A DNA stretch of 64,000 bases from Myxococcota bacterium (GTDB lineage: Bacteria > Myxococcota_A > Polyangia > Nannocystales > Nannocystaceae), in NCBI GenBank assembly GCA_039028615.1, contig JBCCHT010000003.1:352001-416000 (forward strand), written 5' to 3'. Shown one piece after another: positions 38,697-48,803 of the stretch. Numbering within the stretch: the first letter of the stretch is position 1; every line of letters starts with the position of its first letter. Both the position numbers and the translations under genes were made by a program. The notes beneath the pieces are model-generated. The model was given only the letters and a program-made list of their open reading frames with translations. It searched no databases and was not told where the DNA came from.

Positions 38697-41600
38697 ATGG
38701 CGAGCCATCCGATCCGTCGCCGATATCTCGTCGAGTCCCTGATTCGACAGCGGCGAGCCGATGAACAGCCGCGCTATGTCGCGTCTCAGAGAGCGGGGCG
38801 TATCGACCCCAACCCGCACCAGATCGATGCCGTGATCTTTGCCCTCCAGCGGATCCCGGAGGGGGGATGCATCCTGGCCGACGAAGTGGGCCTCGGCAAG
38901 ACGATCGAGGCCGGATTGGTCATCGCGCAACGTCGCGCCGAAGGAGCACGGCGAATCCTACTCATCACGCCAAAGCCGCTGATGGGGCAGTGGGGCCACG
39001 AATTGTGGACGCTATTTGGAATCGAGACCGAGGAGATCGGCGCCGATACGGATCTGCGAAGGCCGGGTGTGTACCTGATTGGGCGCGAGCAAGCCGGGGG
39101 CGAAAGAGGCGCAGATCGGTTGTTGCAGGTCGCGCCTTTCGATTTGTGTGTCATCGACGAGGCCCACGAGATTTTTGCCGGGCTCTACAAACGCTATGAC
39201 CGACATGGTCGTTTTCGTCGTCGCGGGCGACAGGCTCGCATGGCGGCCCGCGTCAAGCGGGCGTTGGCCGACACCCCCGTACTCTTACTGACCGCGACCC
39301 CCATCCAGAACTCCCTGACGGAGCTTTGGGGGTTGGTCCAGTACGTCGAGCCGACGGGGACTCTCCTCGGTGATTTACCCACATTCCGCAGCCTCTTTTG
39401 CGCGGGAGATGATCGCAATCTGCGACAAGGCCAGGACGAGGAATTGCGTCGTCGGGTGGCCACCGTGTGTCAGCGGACGCTGCGGCGGCAAGCGCAGGCG
39501 TTCATGAAGCGTCCCTTTGTCGACCGCCAGGCGCGGCTGTTCGAGTACAGCATGGGGCCGGAGCAGCGGTCGCTATACGAGGACGTCACCCGCTACCTGC
39601 TGAAGCCCGACCTGTGCGCGTTTCGGGGCGGGCAGCGGCGCCTGCTCTTGCTCGGGTTTCACCGCCGCATGGCGTCCTCGCTCGAGGCCCTGGCGTCGAG
39701 CTTGGAGACCGTGGCCGGGCGCTTGCGCACCATGCTGCTGCCCGCGGTCGGTCGGGGAAAACGCCGCGACGATCAGACGCTCGCGTTGTTCGGCGCATCG
39801 GTGGCGCCGGCCGAGACTCGCGACGATCTCCAGCAGTTCACGGCCGATCTCGAGGACGAGGAGCGCGAGCAGATCGGGACCGACGACGACGAGCTCGACG
39901 AGGAGGAGCGCGAAGCCGCGAGCGATCCGGTCGAGCTCGACGAGGCCGACGCCACGCTGCCCGACACCAAGGTGCGGCGCGAGCTCGCTCTGGTCGAAGA
40001 CTTCATCGCGCGGGCGCGGTCGTGCCCGGCCGACGCCAAGCTCTCGCAGCTGATCCAGGCGTTGCGCCTCGCCATCGCTCGACCCGAGGGCACGGGCAAG
40101 GCGGTCATCTTCACCGAGTCGCTCGCCACCCAGGACTACCTACGCCGCAGCCTCATCGAGGACGGGGTGGTGAGCGACCAGGAGATCACGCTCTTCCGCG
40201 GCACCAACACCGGGCCCCGCGTGCAGGAGGCACTCACCCGCTGGACGGACGAGGTGGGCGACTCCACGCCGGGCGCCTCGCCCAGCCGCAACGTCGCGGT
40301 ACGACTGGCCCTGGTCCACGAGTTCGCCACCCGGTCCCGCGTGCTCATCTCCACCGAGGCGGGGGCCAAGGGGCTCAACCTGCAGTTTTGCGACACGGTG
40401 GTCAACTACGACTTGCCCTGGAATCCGCAGCGGATCGAGCAGCGAATCGGTCGCTGCCATCGCTACGGGCAGACGCGGGGCGTCACCGTGATCAACTTCC
40501 TCAACCGCGACAACGCGGCGCAGCGCCTCACCTTCGAGATCTTGAGCCGCAAGCTCGATCTGTTCGGCACCGTGCTCGATGCCTCCGACGTGGTGCTGCA
40601 CGAGCCGGGCAGCCTCGCCCCCGAGACCCTGGCCGGGGCGCTGGGCATGGACTTCGAGGCTCAGCTGCGGAGCATCTACGAGCGGGCGCGGAGCGTGGAG
40701 GAGATCGAGGCCGACCTCGCGGCGCTCCGCGACGACATGACGGGCAAGCGCGACGAGTTCGAGGACACCTATCGCCGCACGGCGGGGCTGATCGAGAGCC
40801 GGCTCGACGAGACGGTCCGCGGCAGCTTCGCCCACCTGCAGAGCCGGCTCTCCGGGGGCCTGGCCGAGTTCGATGCCCAGCTCGCCGGGGTGCTCCAGCG
40901 CTATCTCCAGGCCATCGAGGCGCCCTACGAGGTGGTCGACCAGGGGGCGGCGCAGCGCTACGAGGTCGAGGCTTGCCCCGCGCTGCCCGAGGATTTTCGG
41001 CAGGGCGTCTCGGTGCTCGTGGGCCCGCGTGGTCCCGACGACGAGGCATCGGTCGAGCGCCTGCACCTCGGCCATGCGCTGCTGCAGGCGGCGGTGCGCG
41101 AGGCGAGAGCGGCGACTCGCGATCCCTTCGTGGTCAATGCCGACCCGTGCGATCACCCCGGGCTCGTCGAGCATCGCGGGCAGCGGGGGCGCATGGTCTT
41201 GCTGATGATCACCTACGAGGGCTTCGAACCGGTGGAGAGCCTGTGCCCGGTCGCCCTGATGGAAGACGGCCGCGTGCTGTCGGTGGACGCGGCCGAGCAC
41301 CTGCTCTCCCACGCCGCGCTCGAGGACCTGCCGCAGCTCGAGCCCGCGCTGACCCTCGATGCGCTCGACCTCGACGACGCCGTCGAGGAGCGGCAGTTTC
41401 TCGATCGCGCCGCCATCGAGCCCCACGAGCGGGGGCGGCTGGCCGAGGCCCTCGATCGCATCGAGCGGCACATGGACGATCGGGTCATGGTCTGGGAGCA
41501 GCGTCGGGACGAGCTGACGGCCCGGGTCGAGCGCGCCCGGACCCGTCGAGATGCCGCTGCTGGCGCGGCGGCGCGGGAGCGCGCGGAGACCGAGCTTCGC

Positions 41601-41759
41601 CTCCAGGAAGAGGAGCGACAGGCGGCTACGGACGAGATCTCGCGGCTTCGGGCCCGAGATGACGAAGACTACGAAACCTGGCGCCTCGGCGCCCTCCAGC
41701 GGCGATACAACGTCCCTCGCACCGCCCGGATCCTCGACGTGGAGTTCAGCATCCAATGA
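38697..41759 (+). CDS. SNF2/RapA-like superfamily 2 helicase
   Basis: Motifs LADEVGLGKT, DEAH, LTATPIQN, GLNLQ and YDLPWNPQRIEQRIGRCHRYGQ. Alternative start at 38682. Confidence 0.92.
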   Translation: MASHPIRRRYLVESLIRQRRADEQPRYVASQRAGRIDPNPHQIDAVIFALQRIPEGGCILADEVGLGKTIEAGLVIAQRRAEGARRILLITPKPLMGQWGHELWTLFGIETEEIGADTDLRRPGVYLIGREQAGGERGADRLLQVAPFDLCVIDEAHEIFAGLYKRYDRHGRFRRRGRQARMAARVKRALADTPVLLLTATPIQNSLTELWGLVQYVEPTGTLLGDLPTFRSLFCAGDDRNLRQGQDEELRRRVATVCQRTLRRQAQAFMKRPFVDRQARLFEYSMGPEQRSLYEDVTRYLLKPDLCAFRGGQRRLLLLGFHRRMASSLEALASSLETVAGRLRTMLLPAVGRGKRRDDQTLALFGASVAPAETRDDLQQFTADLEDEEREQIGTDDDELDEEEREAASDPVELDEADATLPDTKVRRELALVEDFIARARSCPADAKLSQLIQALRLAIARPEGTGKAVIFTESLATQDYLRRSLIEDGVVSDQEITLFRGTNTGPRVQEALTRWTDEVGDSTPGASPSRNVAVRLALVHEFATRSRVLISTEAGAKGLNLQFCDTVVNYDLPWNPQRIEQRIGRCHRYGQTRGVTVINFLNRDNAAQRLTFEILSRKLDLFGTVLDASDVVLHEPGSLAPETLAGALGMDFEAQLRSIYERARSVEEIEADLAALRDDMTGKRDEFEDTYRRTAGLIESRLDETVRGSFAHLQSRLSGGLAEFDAQLAGVLQRYLQAIEAPYEVVDQGAAQRYEVEACPALPEDFRQGVSVLVGPRGPDDEASVERLHLGHALLQAAVREARAATRDPFVVNADPCDHPGLVEHRGQRGRMVLLMITYEGFEPVESLCPVALMEDGRVLSVDAAEHLLSHAALEDLPQLEPALTLDALDLDDAVEERQFLDRAAIEPHERGRLAEALDRIERHMDDRVMVWEQRRDELTARVERARTRRDAAAGAAARERAETELRLQEEERQAATDEISRLRARDDEDYETWRLGALQRRYNVPRTARILDVEFSIQ

Positions 41760-42910
41760 GCGATCCCCAGGACGACGACGTGGCTCTCAAGCTCCTACAT
41801 ACCGCCGACTGGCACCTCGGTCGGCGCTTCCCTCAGTTCCCCGACGATGTCGCGCTGGAGCTGATGCGAGCGCGGATGTCGGTCATCGATGCGATCCTCG
41901 GCGCCGCGGCGCACAACGAGGTCGATGCGGTGCTGTGTGCGGGTGACCTCTTCGATGCCCCGCAGCCCGACGAAGAGTGGTGGCGCCCGCTCGCGGACAA
42001 GCTCAGCCGCCACGCCAAGGCCGAGCGCCCCGTGGTGTTGCTGCCCGGCAACCACGACCCGCTGACTCCGGGCTCGGTCTATCACCCCGATCATCCCTTC
42101 GTGCACGCGCTGGGCGAGCACGTGCACGTGGTCGACCGCGACGACTTCACGCTCGCGCTGTCGCCCGAGGCCACGCTCTACGCTCGACCCTGCCGCAGCC
42201 GCGCCGAAGGCCTCGACCTGGCCATGGCCCTGCCCGAGCGCGAAGAGGGAGACACCTCGATCCGCATCGGCATGGTGCACGGCTCGACCTTCGACATGCC
42301 GGAGTTCCAGACCAACTTCCCCATCGCCAAGGATGCGGCGGTGAAGCGGGGCTTCGACTACCTGGCCATCGGGGATACGCATGCCTATCGCGTCTACGAC
42401 CCGCCGGAGTCGCCCACCGTGTACCCCGGGGCCCCCGAGCCCACGACCTTCGGTGAGCGCGACGTCGGGCATGTCGCGCTGGTGTTCTTCGGCCGTCGGC
42501 GTCGGCGGCCGCTGATCCGACCCGAGCGGGTGGCTCGCTTCGTGTGGGAGGAGCGGGTGATCGAGGACCTGCCCGCGCTGCGGAGGCTTCGCGACGAAGA
42601 CCTGCGACGGACCGTGCTGCGCCTGGTGCTGCGCCTGCGCGTGAGCCCGGCCGAGCGCGACGAGGTCGACGAGATCCTCCAGGCGTTGTCGGGGACCTCC
42701 TCGCGACACGGGCAAGCGGCGGTGCTCCAGGTCGACGGCAGCGGGCTGCAGCTCGACGCCTCCGATCTCGGCGATGCCCTCGAGGGGCTGCCCCAGGTGC
42801 TCACCGAGACGGCGGAGCGACTGCGGGCCCAGGCGGCCGAGCCCGGCGAAGAAGGAGAGCTGGCCCAGCGGGCGCTCTATCACCTCTACCGCCTGGTGAG
42901 GTCGGGCTGA
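41756..42910 (+). CDS. Mre11/SbcD-like metallophosphoesterase nuclease
   Basis: Motifs HTADWHLG, AGDLFD, PGNHD, HGS, YLAIGDTH and YPGAPE. Confidence 0.9.
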   Translation: MSDPQDDDVALKLLHTADWHLGRRFPQFPDDVALELMRARMSVIDAILGAAAHNEVDAVLCAGDLFDAPQPDEEWWRPLADKLSRHAKAERPVVLLPGNHDPLTPGSVYHPDHPFVHALGEHVHVVDRDDFTLALSPEATLYARPCRSRAEGLDLAMALPEREEGDTSIRIGMVHGSTFDMPEFQTNFPIAKDAAVKRGFDYLAIGDTHAYRVYDPPESPTVYPGAPEPTTFGERDVGHVALVFFGRRRRRPLIRPERVARFVWEERVIEDLPALRRLRDEDLRRTVLRLVLRLRVSPAERDEVDEILQALSGTSSRHGQAAVLQVDGSGLQLDASDLGDALEGLPQVLTETAERLRAQAAEPGEEGELAQRALYHLYRLVRSG

Positions 42911-42913
42911 CCC

Positions 42914-45900
42914 ATGCGCCTGCTGTCGATCGGCGTGCGCAGCTTCGGCTGCATCGAGGAGGCCAAGCTCGAGCTGCGGCCGGGCCTCAACGTGCTCTAC
43001 GGCCCCAACGACCTGGGCAAGTCGACGCTGGTGCATGCGATTCGGGCCGCGCTGTTGCTGCCGACCTCGCGCCGCGAGGCCGAACGCTTTCGTCCCTGGC
43101 ACCGCGACGTCACGCCCGAGGTCACGCTGGCCTTCGAGGCGCCAGACGAGCCTGGCTCCGATCGTCCGCCGCGGATCTGGCGGGTACGCAAGAGCTTCGG
43201 GGCGGGGCGCAAGGGCAGCGCCGAGCTGCACTGGTCCAACGACGGCGAGCACTTCTCCGTCGAGCAAAAGGGCGATGGCGTCGACGACAAGCTCCGCACG
43301 ATGCTGGGCTGGGGCGTGCCGGGGGCCCGGGCTCGAGGCCCTCGGGGTTTCCCGAGCTCGTTCCTCACCACGGTGCTGCTCGGCCCGCAGGCGGTGCCCG
43401 GCTCGATGCTGGGCAATAGCCTCGACGACGACCCCACCGACTCGGGCCGCGAGCGACTGACCGAGGCGCTGCAGGCCCTGGCGCAGGACCCCCGCTTCAA
43501 GGAGATCCTCGACGAGGCCCAGCGCAAGGTCGACGAAGCGTTCACGCCGACGGGTAAGCCTCGCAAGGGCAAGGCCTCGCCGCTGTCGCCGATCAAGCAG
43601 CGCATTCGCGAGCTCAGCGAAGAGCTTCGCCTGCAGCAAGAGCGCGTGCACGACAGCGACGACGTGCGCCAGCAGCTGCTCGCATTGGACCTCGAGCGCA
43701 TCGAGGCGGTGGCGGCTCGAGACGACGCGGAGAAGCAGTGGCAGCGGCAGCAGGCGCTGTTCGAGCGGGGACGGCAGCGGGCTGAGGCGCTGGCCCAGGT
43801 GCAGGAGGCCCGCGAGGCCCTCGAGCGCGGGCAGGCGGTGCTGGCCGATCGGCGGACGTGGCAGGAGGCGGTCGAGCGCCACATGCAGGGGCGGCCGGCG
43901 GCGGACGGCGCGTTGCTGCGGGCGGGTGAGGTCGAGCAGGCGGCGGCCCAGACCTTCGCCGAGGCCGAGGCCCACCTGCGGGCGATCGAGCAGGGGGGCG
44001 ACGCGGAGGCGAAGCTCGAGCGCCAGCAGCTCGAGACCCGACGACTGCAGCTCAAGGCCGAGCACGCGCAGGTCCACGAGCGACTGCGGCTGGCCGAGGA
44101 GGCCCTGGAAAAACGAGCCGAGGTCGAGACGGTGGCCGAGGCTCGCGATGCGCTGGCCCAGGACCTGGCCGCGAGCGAGCGGGCGGCCACCGATGCCGAG
44201 GCGGTGCGGCGCGAGGCCGACGCAGAGCAGCGGCTCTACGATGCGGCTTTGCGCCTGCGTCGCTACGAAGAGGCGGAGCAGCGGGTCGCCCATGCGCAGG
44301 AGGCCGAAGCGGAGGCCAACCGCTCGGTCGAAGAGGCGGAGAAGCTCGAGGCGCAGGCGCAAGCGATCGACGAAGCGGTGGCGGCCGAGGCCTTGCCGGA
44401 GCCGAGCGAGATCGATGGCTGGCGGGCGCTCGCCGAGGAGCGACGCATCGCCCAGGCGCGGCTGGAGGTCGGGCTCTCGGTCGTCGTGCACGGGACCCCG
44501 CCCGCGCAGGTGCAGGCGCGTGCCGACGACGGGGCCGAGGCGGTGGCCGAGCCGGGGCAGGCGATCGAGGCTCAGCGACGACTGTCGTTGGCGATGGGAC
44601 CGGACCTGCGGATCGAGATCGAAGGCGGGGACGCGAGCGCACGGGCGACCCGGGACGCGCTCGAGCAGCGCTGGGTCGACGAGGTCGCGCCCGTGCTGGT
44701 GCGCGTGGAGGTCGAAGATCTGGCCGGGCTGCGGGCGCGCATGGACAGCGCGCGGCAACGGCAAGCCGAGGCTCGCCAGCTCCGCGACAAGGCGGTGAGC
44801 ACCCGGCAGCTGGCCGAGGCCCGACGCGAGCGAGCGGTGGAGCTTCCTGCGCTGCGCGAGGCCCTGCAGGCCAGTCAAAACGCGCTCGCGGGGCTCGATC
44901 GCGCGCTGCTGCAAGAGCGGACGGGCGACTACGACGAGACCGAGCTGCGTCGTCGTCAGGCGCATGCCCAAGCGCGGGTCGACGAGGCTCGACATACGCA
45001 CGCGCAGGCCAAGTCGCGGTCGGCCCGCCTCGAGAGTCAAAAGGCCGCTCAGACCGAGCGTCACGACCGACTCGCCGCCGAGCTGGCCACGGTGCTGGCG
45101 CGCCTGCCCGGTTCGCCCGTCAGCGAGCGCGATACCGCCTTCGATCGCTTGGCTGCGCTCGAGGGGGAGATCGAGACGGTGGACGCCGAGCTGGCCGAGC
45201 ACGACGAGGCCCGGGCCCGTCGTCGTTCCGAGGCCGAGGCGGCGGTCAACGAGGCGCAGACCCAGGTCGATCAGGCTCGGCTGGCGACGTCGCTGGCCCG
45301 CCGTGAACTCGACGAGCGCAAGGAGGCCCTCGCTCAGGCAGAGGGGCGGCACGCACAGCTCGAGAGCCAGGCCGCCCAGATCGACGAAGCGGCGCTGAAG
45401 CGGGAGCTCGAAGAGCGACAGGCGGCGCTGAGCGAGCGGCCGGAGCCCCAGGAGACGGTCAGCGCGGAGTCGCTGGCTGAAGGCGAGCGGGCCTGGCAAC
45501 AACAGCAGCAGGCGCTGCGCGAGATCGAGGCCGCGCTCGAGCAACAACGCGGCGCGCTCAAGCAGGTCGGCGGCGCGGTGGCTCGCGAGGAAGCGGAGCG
45601 CACTCGGGAGGCGCTCGAGGCCACCAAGCAGGCCGAGCACGATCTCGAGCTCGACTACGAAGCGTGGCGCCTGTTGGCCCAGACCCTGCGTGAAGCGGAG
45701 ACGGCCGAAGGACGGCATCTCGGCGAGGCGCTGGGCGAGCCCGTGCACGAGCGCTTCGCCCAGCTCACGGGAGAGCGCTACGGGGCCCTGTCGCTGGGAC
45801 GCGACCTGCAAGCGGGGGGCCTCGAGGTGGCGGGGGAGCTGCGCGACGTCAAGGCGCTGTCCGAAGGCGTGCAGGATCAGCTCGCGACCATCCTGCGCCT

Positions 45901-46156
45901 GGCGGTGGCCGAGCAGCTCGGCTCCGCGCTGGTGCTCGACGATCACCTGGTGCAGACCGATCCGGCTCGCATCGCGTGGTTTCGCGAGCTGCTGGTCGAC
46001 GTGGGGCAGCGGGCCCAGATCCTCGTGCTCACGTGCCGCCCCGAGGACTACCTGGGGGCCGACGAGCGCCCGGCCGAGGGCGAGGCCTCGCGGGACAGCG
46101 ACGCGGTGCGGGCGGTGAGCCTGGCCTCGGTTATTCGGCGGGCCGGGAGCACCTAG
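42914..46156 (+). CDS. Rad50/SbcC-like (YhaN-type) coiled-coil ABC ATPase
   Basis: Walker A GPNDLGKST, long coiled coils, LSEG signature, LVLDD Walker B and LTC; no CxxC hook. Confidence 0.88.
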   Translation: MRLLSIGVRSFGCIEEAKLELRPGLNVLYGPNDLGKSTLVHAIRAALLLPTSRREAERFRPWHRDVTPEVTLAFEAPDEPGSDRPPRIWRVRKSFGAGRKGSAELHWSNDGEHFSVEQKGDGVDDKLRTMLGWGVPGARARGPRGFPSSFLTTVLLGPQAVPGSMLGNSLDDDPTDSGRERLTEALQALAQDPRFKEILDEAQRKVDEAFTPTGKPRKGKASPLSPIKQRIRELSEELRLQQERVHDSDDVRQQLLALDLERIEAVAARDDAEKQWQRQQALFERGRQRAEALAQVQEAREALERGQAVLADRRTWQEAVERHMQGRPAADGALLRAGEVEQAAAQTFAEAEAHLRAIEQGGDAEAKLERQQLETRRLQLKAEHAQVHERLRLAEEALEKRAEVETVAEARDALAQDLAASERAATDAEAVRREADAEQRLYDAALRLRRYEEAEQRVAHAQEAEAEANRSVEEAEKLEAQAQAIDEAVAAEALPEPSEIDGWRALAEERRIAQARLEVGLSVVVHGTPPAQVQARADDGAEAVAEPGQAIEAQRRLSLAMGPDLRIEIEGGDASARATRDALEQRWVDEVAPVLVRVEVEDLAGLRARMDSARQRQAEARQLRDKAVSTRQLAEARRERAVELPALREALQASQNALAGLDRALLQERTGDYDETELRRRQAHAQARVDEARHTHAQAKSRSARLESQKAAQTERHDRLAAELATVLARLPGSPVSERDTAFDRLAALEGEIETVDAELAEHDEARARRRSEAEAAVNEAQTQVDQARLATSLARRELDERKEALAQAEGRHAQLESQAAQIDEAALKRELEERQAALSERPEPQETVSAESLAEGERAWQQQQQALREIEAALEQQRGALKQVGGAVAREEAERTREALEATKQAEHDLELDYEAWRLLAQTLREAETAEGRHLGEALGEPVHERFAQLTGERYGALSLGRDLQAGGLEVAGELRDVKALSEGVQDQLATILRLAVAEQLGSALVLDDHLVQTDPARIAWFRELLVDVGQRAQILVLTCRPEDYLGADERPAEGEASRDSDAVRAVSLASVIRRAGST

Positions 46157-46686
46157 TGGTCGCCGAGGATCCGGCCTGGGTCGTCGCCATCGACGTCGAC
46201 TATCGCGACGACCAGGGGCAGGCGGCCACGGCCGGGGTCTGCTTCACCGACTGGCGGGCGGCCGAGCCCACGCACGAGGCCACCGTGCTCGTCTCCGGGG
46301 TCCAGGCGTATGTCCCGGGGGACTTCTATCGTCGCGAGCTGCCGTGCATCCTCGAGCTGTTGCGGGCGCTCGAGCACGAGGTCGGCATGGTGGTCGTGGA
46401 TGGCTATGTCTGGCTGTCCGAGGACGGCCGGCCCGGCTTGGGGGCGCACGTCTACGAGGCTCTGGGGCGTCGCGTGCCCGTGGTGGGCGTGGCGAAGAAC
46501 TCGTTCGCCGGGTCGCCCATGGCCATCGAGGTACGACGCGGACAGAGCCAGCGCCCCTTGTTCGTGACCACTGTGGGGGTGGAGGCCGAAGAGGCGGCGC
46601 GATGGGTGGAGTCGATGCACGGGCCCTACCGGATCCCCACCTTGCTCAAGCGCGTCGATGCCCTGGCGCGAGCGTACCCGCGCTGA
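46156..46686 (+). CDS. nfi: Endonuclease V (short form)
   Basis: Motifs AIDVDY, YVPG.FYRRELP, VVDGY, GVAKN and YRIPTLLK..D. GTG overlaps the upstream TAG. Confidence 0.85.
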   Translation: MVAEDPAWVVAIDVDYRDDQGQAATAGVCFTDWRAAEPTHEATVLVSGVQAYVPGDFYRRELPCILELLRALEHEVGMVVVDGYVWLSEDGRPGLGAHVYEALGRRVPVVGVAKNSFAGSPMAIEVRRGQSQRPLFVTTVGVEAEEAARWVESMHGPYRIPTLLKRVDALARAYPR

Positions 46687-46724
46687 ACCCCGGCGTCCGC
46701 TGCCGCGTGTGGTAGGTCTAGATC

Positions 46725-47522
46725 ATGGTGGTCGATCGAAGCGTCGTCGCGTGGGGCTTGGTGGCGATGCTCGGCGCGTGCGGACCCAGCGTGGGTGACG
46801 GGACTCCGACCCAGAGCACGGGCAGCGCGACCGAGACGACCGCGGGCTCTTCGGGCCCGGGCCAGACCGGCGGCATGGAGGGGTCGAGCACGCTCGGCCT
46901 CGACTCGTCGGGCGGCTCCGTCGACACGGGGGCGCCACCTCTGCCCAGCACCTGCCCGGCCGAGGCCGACCTCCAGAGCGGAGAGTGCCCGTCGCAGGGC
47001 GAGACCTGTGCGCACGGTGACTTCGCGTGCCAGTGCGTCTGCGGCTGCGAGGCCCCCGCGCCCGGCGAGCAGGGCTGGTACCAATGCGACTATGCCCGCC
47101 TGGACGCGTGGACGGCCGAAGATGTCGCCGTGCATCTGGACTGCGATGCGGGGACGATTCGCTCGACGGTCTCGTCCGTCTTCGACAACGCCGATGGTGC
47201 CTCGGCCGTCGACATCGTAGTGCAGACGCCCGGGGGCTACTTCATGGTCCCTCGCGGGGGCACCGAGGAGACGATCTGCGGAGGGCTCTGCGTCAACGGC
47301 AACCGCTGCCCCGAATATCCGAGCTCGATTCCCTTCGGCGGGTTCGAGGCGCTCGACTACGACTTCGAAGCGCGGCCCTGCGATCGTCTAAGCCCGAGCG
47401 CGTGCGGAGAGTTCTGCGGCGGCATGGCCGACTTCACCATTCGCGGCTCGATCGAGATCGACGGCATCGTTGCTTCCCTCGGGCCGCTGAACGTGACGGG
47501 CGCGCCGATCGTGTGCGACTGA
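46725..47522 (+). CDS. Cys-rich hypothetical lipoprotein
   Basis: Lipobox LGAC, Ser/Thr/Gly linker and many Cys. Confidence 0.7.
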   Translation: MVVDRSVVAWGLVAMLGACGPSVGDGTPTQSTGSATETTAGSSGPGQTGGMEGSSTLGLDSSGGSVDTGAPPLPSTCPAEADLQSGECPSQGETCAHGDFACQCVCGCEAPAPGEQGWYQCDYARLDAWTAEDVAVHLDCDAGTIRSTVSSVFDNADGASAVDIVVQTPGGYFMVPRGGTEETICGGLCVNGNRCPEYPSSIPFGGFEALDYDFEARPCDRLSPSACGEFCGGMADFTIRGSIEIDGIVASLGPLNVTGAPIVCD

Positions 47523-47659
47523 ATCGGCGGGCCATCGACCGTGTTTCAATTCGGTTCGGTCGATGTTCCCGTGCATCGAGTCGCGTGTGACGGGGCGGCC
47601 CCGGGGCCCTTGCCGTCCGTGGTTTGACCCTCCCCACCGTGCGTGACAAGGTCCGCGCC

Positions 47660-48685
47660 ATGGATCGTCTTACGCATACTGGCTTGCTGTTGTTAGTGTT
47701 GAGCGCCGGTTGTTTCACCGACGAGCCGACCCTCTCCGGCGGTGATGAGGGGTCGTCCGGAACCACGACGGCGGCGTCCACGGGGGAGCCCAGCGCCGAC
47801 GTCTCGACCGACGGCGGGACCACCATGGCCGGAGGCTCGGGCAGCGAGGGGCCCGTGCCCACGAGCGACGGCGGAGGCCCCTGTGACGTCGGCCAGCAAT
47901 GCCTGCCCATCCCCGCCGGATGGCAGGGCCCTTTCGCCGTCGAGAGCGGCACGACCTCGCAGTGCGACGACACCAGCATCGCGGCCGCATTCGTCGGGGT
48001 GACGGCCGAGTTCGACGACGAGTGCTCGTGCAACTGCAACCCCGCCGCGCCCAGCGAGTGCGTGGTCGAGTACCTGGTCGGCGGCAACCCAGAGGCCTGC
48101 CGCGACAACGACGAGGTCGCCGAGCGCTGCACCTTTGCCCTCCCCGGCGGTCCCCTGAGCTGCGACCTGACGGCCGATGGCTGCTTCGAGCCCGACGGCG
48201 ATTTCGTCACCATGCAGAGCCAGCAGCTGTGCACGGGCGGGGTCGGCTCCGAGGTCACGCCCGCCTGGACCAGCGGCCATCGGTTGTGCACGGCCCTCGA
48301 GGCGGTGGGCGAGGCCTGCGAGGGCGGCCAGTGTGCCGACGATGCCAGCCCGCTGTGCATCTTCGTGGAAGGCGACGAGGTGGCCGAGTGTCCCGCGGCG
48401 TTCCCCGAGCGCATCGAGGGGCACCAGTCCTTCGGCGAAGAGCAAGTGGCCTGCGAGTGCCGCTGTGTCGATCCGGCGGAGTGTGCCTACATGACCTGGT
48501 TCGAGAACGGCGTCTGCACGGGCACCGAGGGCGACGACGATCCGGTGTGCAGCGCCCCCTCGGGCGCGCTGCAGATCGTGCCCTTCGTCGAGGCGGGGCA
48601 GGGCTGCCAGTCGGCACCGCTGATGGCCGATCCTCCGCTGCCCTTCGCCGACCCGATCACCGTGTGCTGCACCGCCGCGCCGTAG
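47660..48685 (+). CDS. Cys-rich hypothetical lipoprotein
   Basis: Lipobox SAGC; motifs P.GWQGP, C.C.C and terminal TVCC. Confidence 0.75.
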   Translation: MDRLTHTGLLLLVLSAGCFTDEPTLSGGDEGSSGTTTAASTGEPSADVSTDGGTTMAGGSGSEGPVPTSDGGGPCDVGQQCLPIPAGWQGPFAVESGTTSQCDDTSIAAAFVGVTAEFDDECSCNCNPAAPSECVVEYLVGGNPEACRDNDEVAERCTFALPGGPLSCDLTADGCFEPDGDFVTMQSQQLCTGGVGSEVTPAWTSGHRLCTALEAVGEACEGGQCADDASPLCIFVEGDEVAECPAAFPERIEGHQSFGEEQVACECRCVDPAECAYMTWFENGVCTGTEGDDDPVCSAPSGALQIVPFVEAGQGCQSAPLMADPPLPFADPITVCCTAAP

Positions 48686-48803
48686 CGGACCACGAACCAA
48701 AAGACACGGGCCACGACACCGAGGTGTCGAGGCCCGTGAACCCCGCCCGCCGTGAAGGGCACATGCGGCGGGCGTATGCGTGTGTTGATCGGAAGGAAGT
48801 CGA

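Noticed and set aside
41795..45946. 1383-aa minus-strand ORF
   Set aside because: Antisense shadow of the Mre11/Rad50-like genes, typical of high-GC DNA; it has no motifs.
42914..46156. Lamassu or Wadjet defence system
   Set aside because: No LmuA/LmuC or JetABD-like partners are recognisable; the partner here is an Mre11-type nuclease.
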